A DNA stretch of 64,000 nt from Chitinivibrionales bacterium (GTDB lineage Bacteria > Fibrobacterota > Chitinivibrionia > Chitinivibrionales > WJKA01), in contig JBBRUX010000007.1 of NCBI GenBank assembly GCA_038247415.1, forward strand, positions 32,001-96,000, given 5' to 3'. Below, one piece after another: positions 61,963 to 64,000 of this stretch (position 1 is its first letter; each line of letters begins with the position of its first letter). The notes beneath the pieces were generated by a model. That model saw only the letters and a program-made list of their open reading frames with translations. It was not told the DNA's origin and did not search any database. A program made the translations under genes and the position numbers.

Positions 61963-62330
61963 GCGCACTTGTGCTCTTCGCCCTGGTTTCCATGCGCCTG
62001 GCAACCATCACCCGAATCAATGACTTTTCCCTGCAAATATGCCTCGGCAACCTGTCGGGCATCCCCACTGTTACCACGAAACACCTCAATCCCATGCATG
62101 TTTAATACCCGCAGCGCTCCATCGCCCATATTTCCCGCAAGTAAAACAGATACGCCCTGTTCTTGTAATATGCTGGCAATATTACTTTTGCATCCGCACC
62201 CTTGGGGTGACGGTAACTCTTGTGAAAGTGTAATCTTCTTATTGTCGTCAATTGTAAAAAGGGTGTACTTTTCGCAATGACCAAAATGGTCGTCGACGTT
62301 CGTCCCTTTGGTAGGTAATGCAATTTTCAT
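61956..62330 (-). CDS. NifB/NifX-family protein
   Basis: HFGHC, GCGCKS, AGNMG. Confidence 0.9.
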   Translation of the reverse strand: MKIALPTKGTNVDDHFGHCEKYTLFTIDDNKKITLSQELPSPQGCGCKSNIASILQEQGVSVLLAGNMGDGALRVLNMHGIEVFRGNSGDARQVAEAYLQGKVIDSGDGCQAHGNQGEEHKCAH

Positions 62331-62560
62331 AAATCTCTCCAGTATTTGTTTGGTGCTTATTGAATTTCTGGTATATAATAATAACAAATTATATTTTGCT
62401 TACACTGATAAACAAGCTCTACACTTTGATATGTTCGATAATCCAAAACGGGTAGGAGTGTGTTCTAGCGCGGGAATGTTTTTAAAATTTGAAGAGTTAT
62501 ATACTATATTTGTTACGATTGACTATATTCAAATATTATGCAGTAAAGGACTATCACAGA

Positions 62561-63358
62561 ATGCTCTACAAGCAATATTGGTTCTGGCTCATGGTTATTT
62601 CGGCGATCGTCTTTCTGCTAGAACGAATAGCACCGTGGCGTAAGAAGCAGAGAGCCCTTCGGCCCCAACTATTACAGGACTTCTTTTGGCTTGCCTTCAA
62701 CGGTTACCTCTTCGGCCGTTTTTTTGTCTTTATCCTAAAACCAATAAAGAGTGCTCTATTTGCCGCCTTCGAATCGGTTTTTAGGGTAGCACCTACACTT
62801 GATATCCTGCACAGCCTTCCCCTGATAGCACAGGTGCTTATGTGCCTTATTTTCCTTGACTTTATTGAATGGTGTGTCCACAACATGTTGCATCGCATTG
62901 GTTTTCTCTGGAGTTTTCACCGGGTACATCACTCCATTCATACCATGGACTGGATCGGAAACTTCAGGTTTCACTGGATGGAGTTGATTATCTATAACAC
63001 CTTCAAGTTTCTTCCGATAGCGCTGGTTATCGGTAATCGCTGGGAGGTGCTGCTGTGGGTTGCTATTATTTCAACGTTCGTAGGCCACCTTAATCATTCC
63101 AACTTATTCATTTCGTGGGGCCCTTTGCGGTACATTTTCAACTCTCCCCGAATGCATATCTGGCACCATGATAAGCGCCCGTCGAACAAGGTTGGATATA
63201 ACTTTGGTATTGTGTTAAGCTGCTGGGATTGGATATTTGGTACAGCGTATATGCCGCTTACTAGAACACCAGAGGCACTCGGCTTTCGTGGAGATGAAAG
63301 ATTTCCCGATTGTATTGCAAGTAGGTTTTTTGCACCGTTTATTGATCGGAAATCCTGA
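62561..63358 (+). CDS. Sterol desaturase/fatty acid hydroxylase family
   Basis: HNMLH, HRVHH, HLNH, HIWHH, WDWIFGT. Confidence 0.9.
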   Translation: MLYKQYWFWLMVISAIVFLLERIAPWRKKQRALRPQLLQDFFWLAFNGYLFGRFFVFILKPIKSALFAAFESVFRVAPTLDILHSLPLIAQVLMCLIFLDFIEWCVHNMLHRIGFLWSFHRVHHSIHTMDWIGNFRFHWMELIIYNTFKFLPIALVIGNRWEVLLWVAIISTFVGHLNHSNLFISWGPLRYIFNSPRMHIWHHDKRPSNKVGYNFGIVLSCWDWIFGTAYMPLTRTPEALGFRGDERFPDCIASRFFAPFIDRKS

Positions 63359-63362
63359 CAGG

Positions 63363-64000
63363 CTAATGCGAGCTTTCCGACATCAATTCATATCCAGCAA
63401 TAACATCGAACAACTCTTCGTCAATCGAGTCCTGACGCAACCGATGGAATGTCCCCGTGAACTCTCCCAGCAGTTCATCAATATTTTTATCGGCTCGCTC
63501 CATTGCTGCCAGCCGGCTTGCATTCTCGCTCGCTAGCGATTCGGCGCACGCTCGAAAAAGCGAGACGAAAAGGTATTCGCGGATTAGTGCGCTCAGGATT
63601 ACACGCTTGTCGTTTAAGACTTCGGGGAGATTTTCTGTGGGCCATGAAAGATCTATAAGTCTGTCGCGCCAGGCCTTGTCCAATGGCAGTAATTTCTGAC
63701 AAACTGGCTTGTATGCCGATCCCGCTGTCGGGCGATTGTAGAAGAGATGGAGTGTGGCGACTTCTCCTCTTGTGCGATGCTTCTGGTTTTCGATAAGAAT
63801 CTTGCCTACAAGTGGGGCGATTCCCTTTACAGAATTTGGAACAGCAAATAGTCCTGCCATCGATTGTCCCGCATCCGTCAGCCGTACATGAACTCGTTCT
63901 CCTACAGCCCATATACGCGGTTTTCCGGGAAGCTTAGCAAGACTATTCGTTGCATAATCTGCCACCACATCATTAAACCGGCCTACGAGACCCTGGTCGG
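63363..64000 (-). CDS. atpG: ATP synthase gamma subunit, N-ATPase type (5'-partial)
   Basis: DQGLVGRFN, ESLASENASRLAAM, RQDSIDEEL. Confidence 0.85.
   Translation of the reverse strand, partial: DQGLVGRFNDVVADYATNSLAKLPGKPRIWAVGERVHVRLTDAGQSMAGLFAVPNSVKGIAPLVGKILIENQKHRTRGEVATLHLFYNRPTAGSAYKPVCQKLLPLDKAWRDRLIDLSWPTENLPEVLNDKRVILSALIREYLFVSLFRACAESLASENASRLAAMERADKNIDELLGEFTGTFHRLRQDSIDEELFDVIAGYELMSESSH

Noticed and set aside
56012..62330. Nitrogen fixation genes
   Set aside because: Only stand-alone NifB/NifX domains; no nifHDK/EN

Overview
A 64-kb bacterial window, probably from an anaerobic Gram-negative bacterium. The TIGR02147 gene plus lipoprotein pair and a T9SS-like C-terminal domain suggest Fibrobacterota, but this is inference only. 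Left half: two AlgX/AlgJ-type acetyltransferase genes, a decayed Cache/MCP locus, an orphan ZnuA, gmhB, and a MarR regulator divergent from a leader ORF and czcCBA. These are followed by mbnP-mbnH, an SPFH gene, a P-type ATPase pseudogene, and an 8-gene rfbF-rfbG-epimerase-TPR-GT2-GH26-propeller-OMP polysaccharide operon. Right half: lgt, a sigma54-promoted thioredoxin/ferredoxin cluster, a ThiI-like gene, and an OrpR-like sigma54 activator. Next is a ~13.3-kb block bracketed by a 143-bp direct repeat of the enolase 5' end, carrying broken toxin genes, AAA ATPases and a complete Zur-type zinc uptake operon. The window ends with eno, an Orp-like NifB/NifX/Mrp/Fe-S ATPase cluster with divergent sigma54 promoters, several gene stubs and part of an N-ATPase-type atpG. 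The strongest leads are (1) small metal-motif leader ORFs in front of metal transport operons, and (2) the eno-flanked island. One leader ends in the RAPP arrest motif and is coupled to zur. Two others end in LR[I/L]-stop, and the czc and zur-operon leaders share CTATCTATTTA just before a hairpin-occluded SD. No rRNA, tRNA, CRISPR array, integrase or transposase was recognised. All family assignments come from motif recognition by eye, not database searches.
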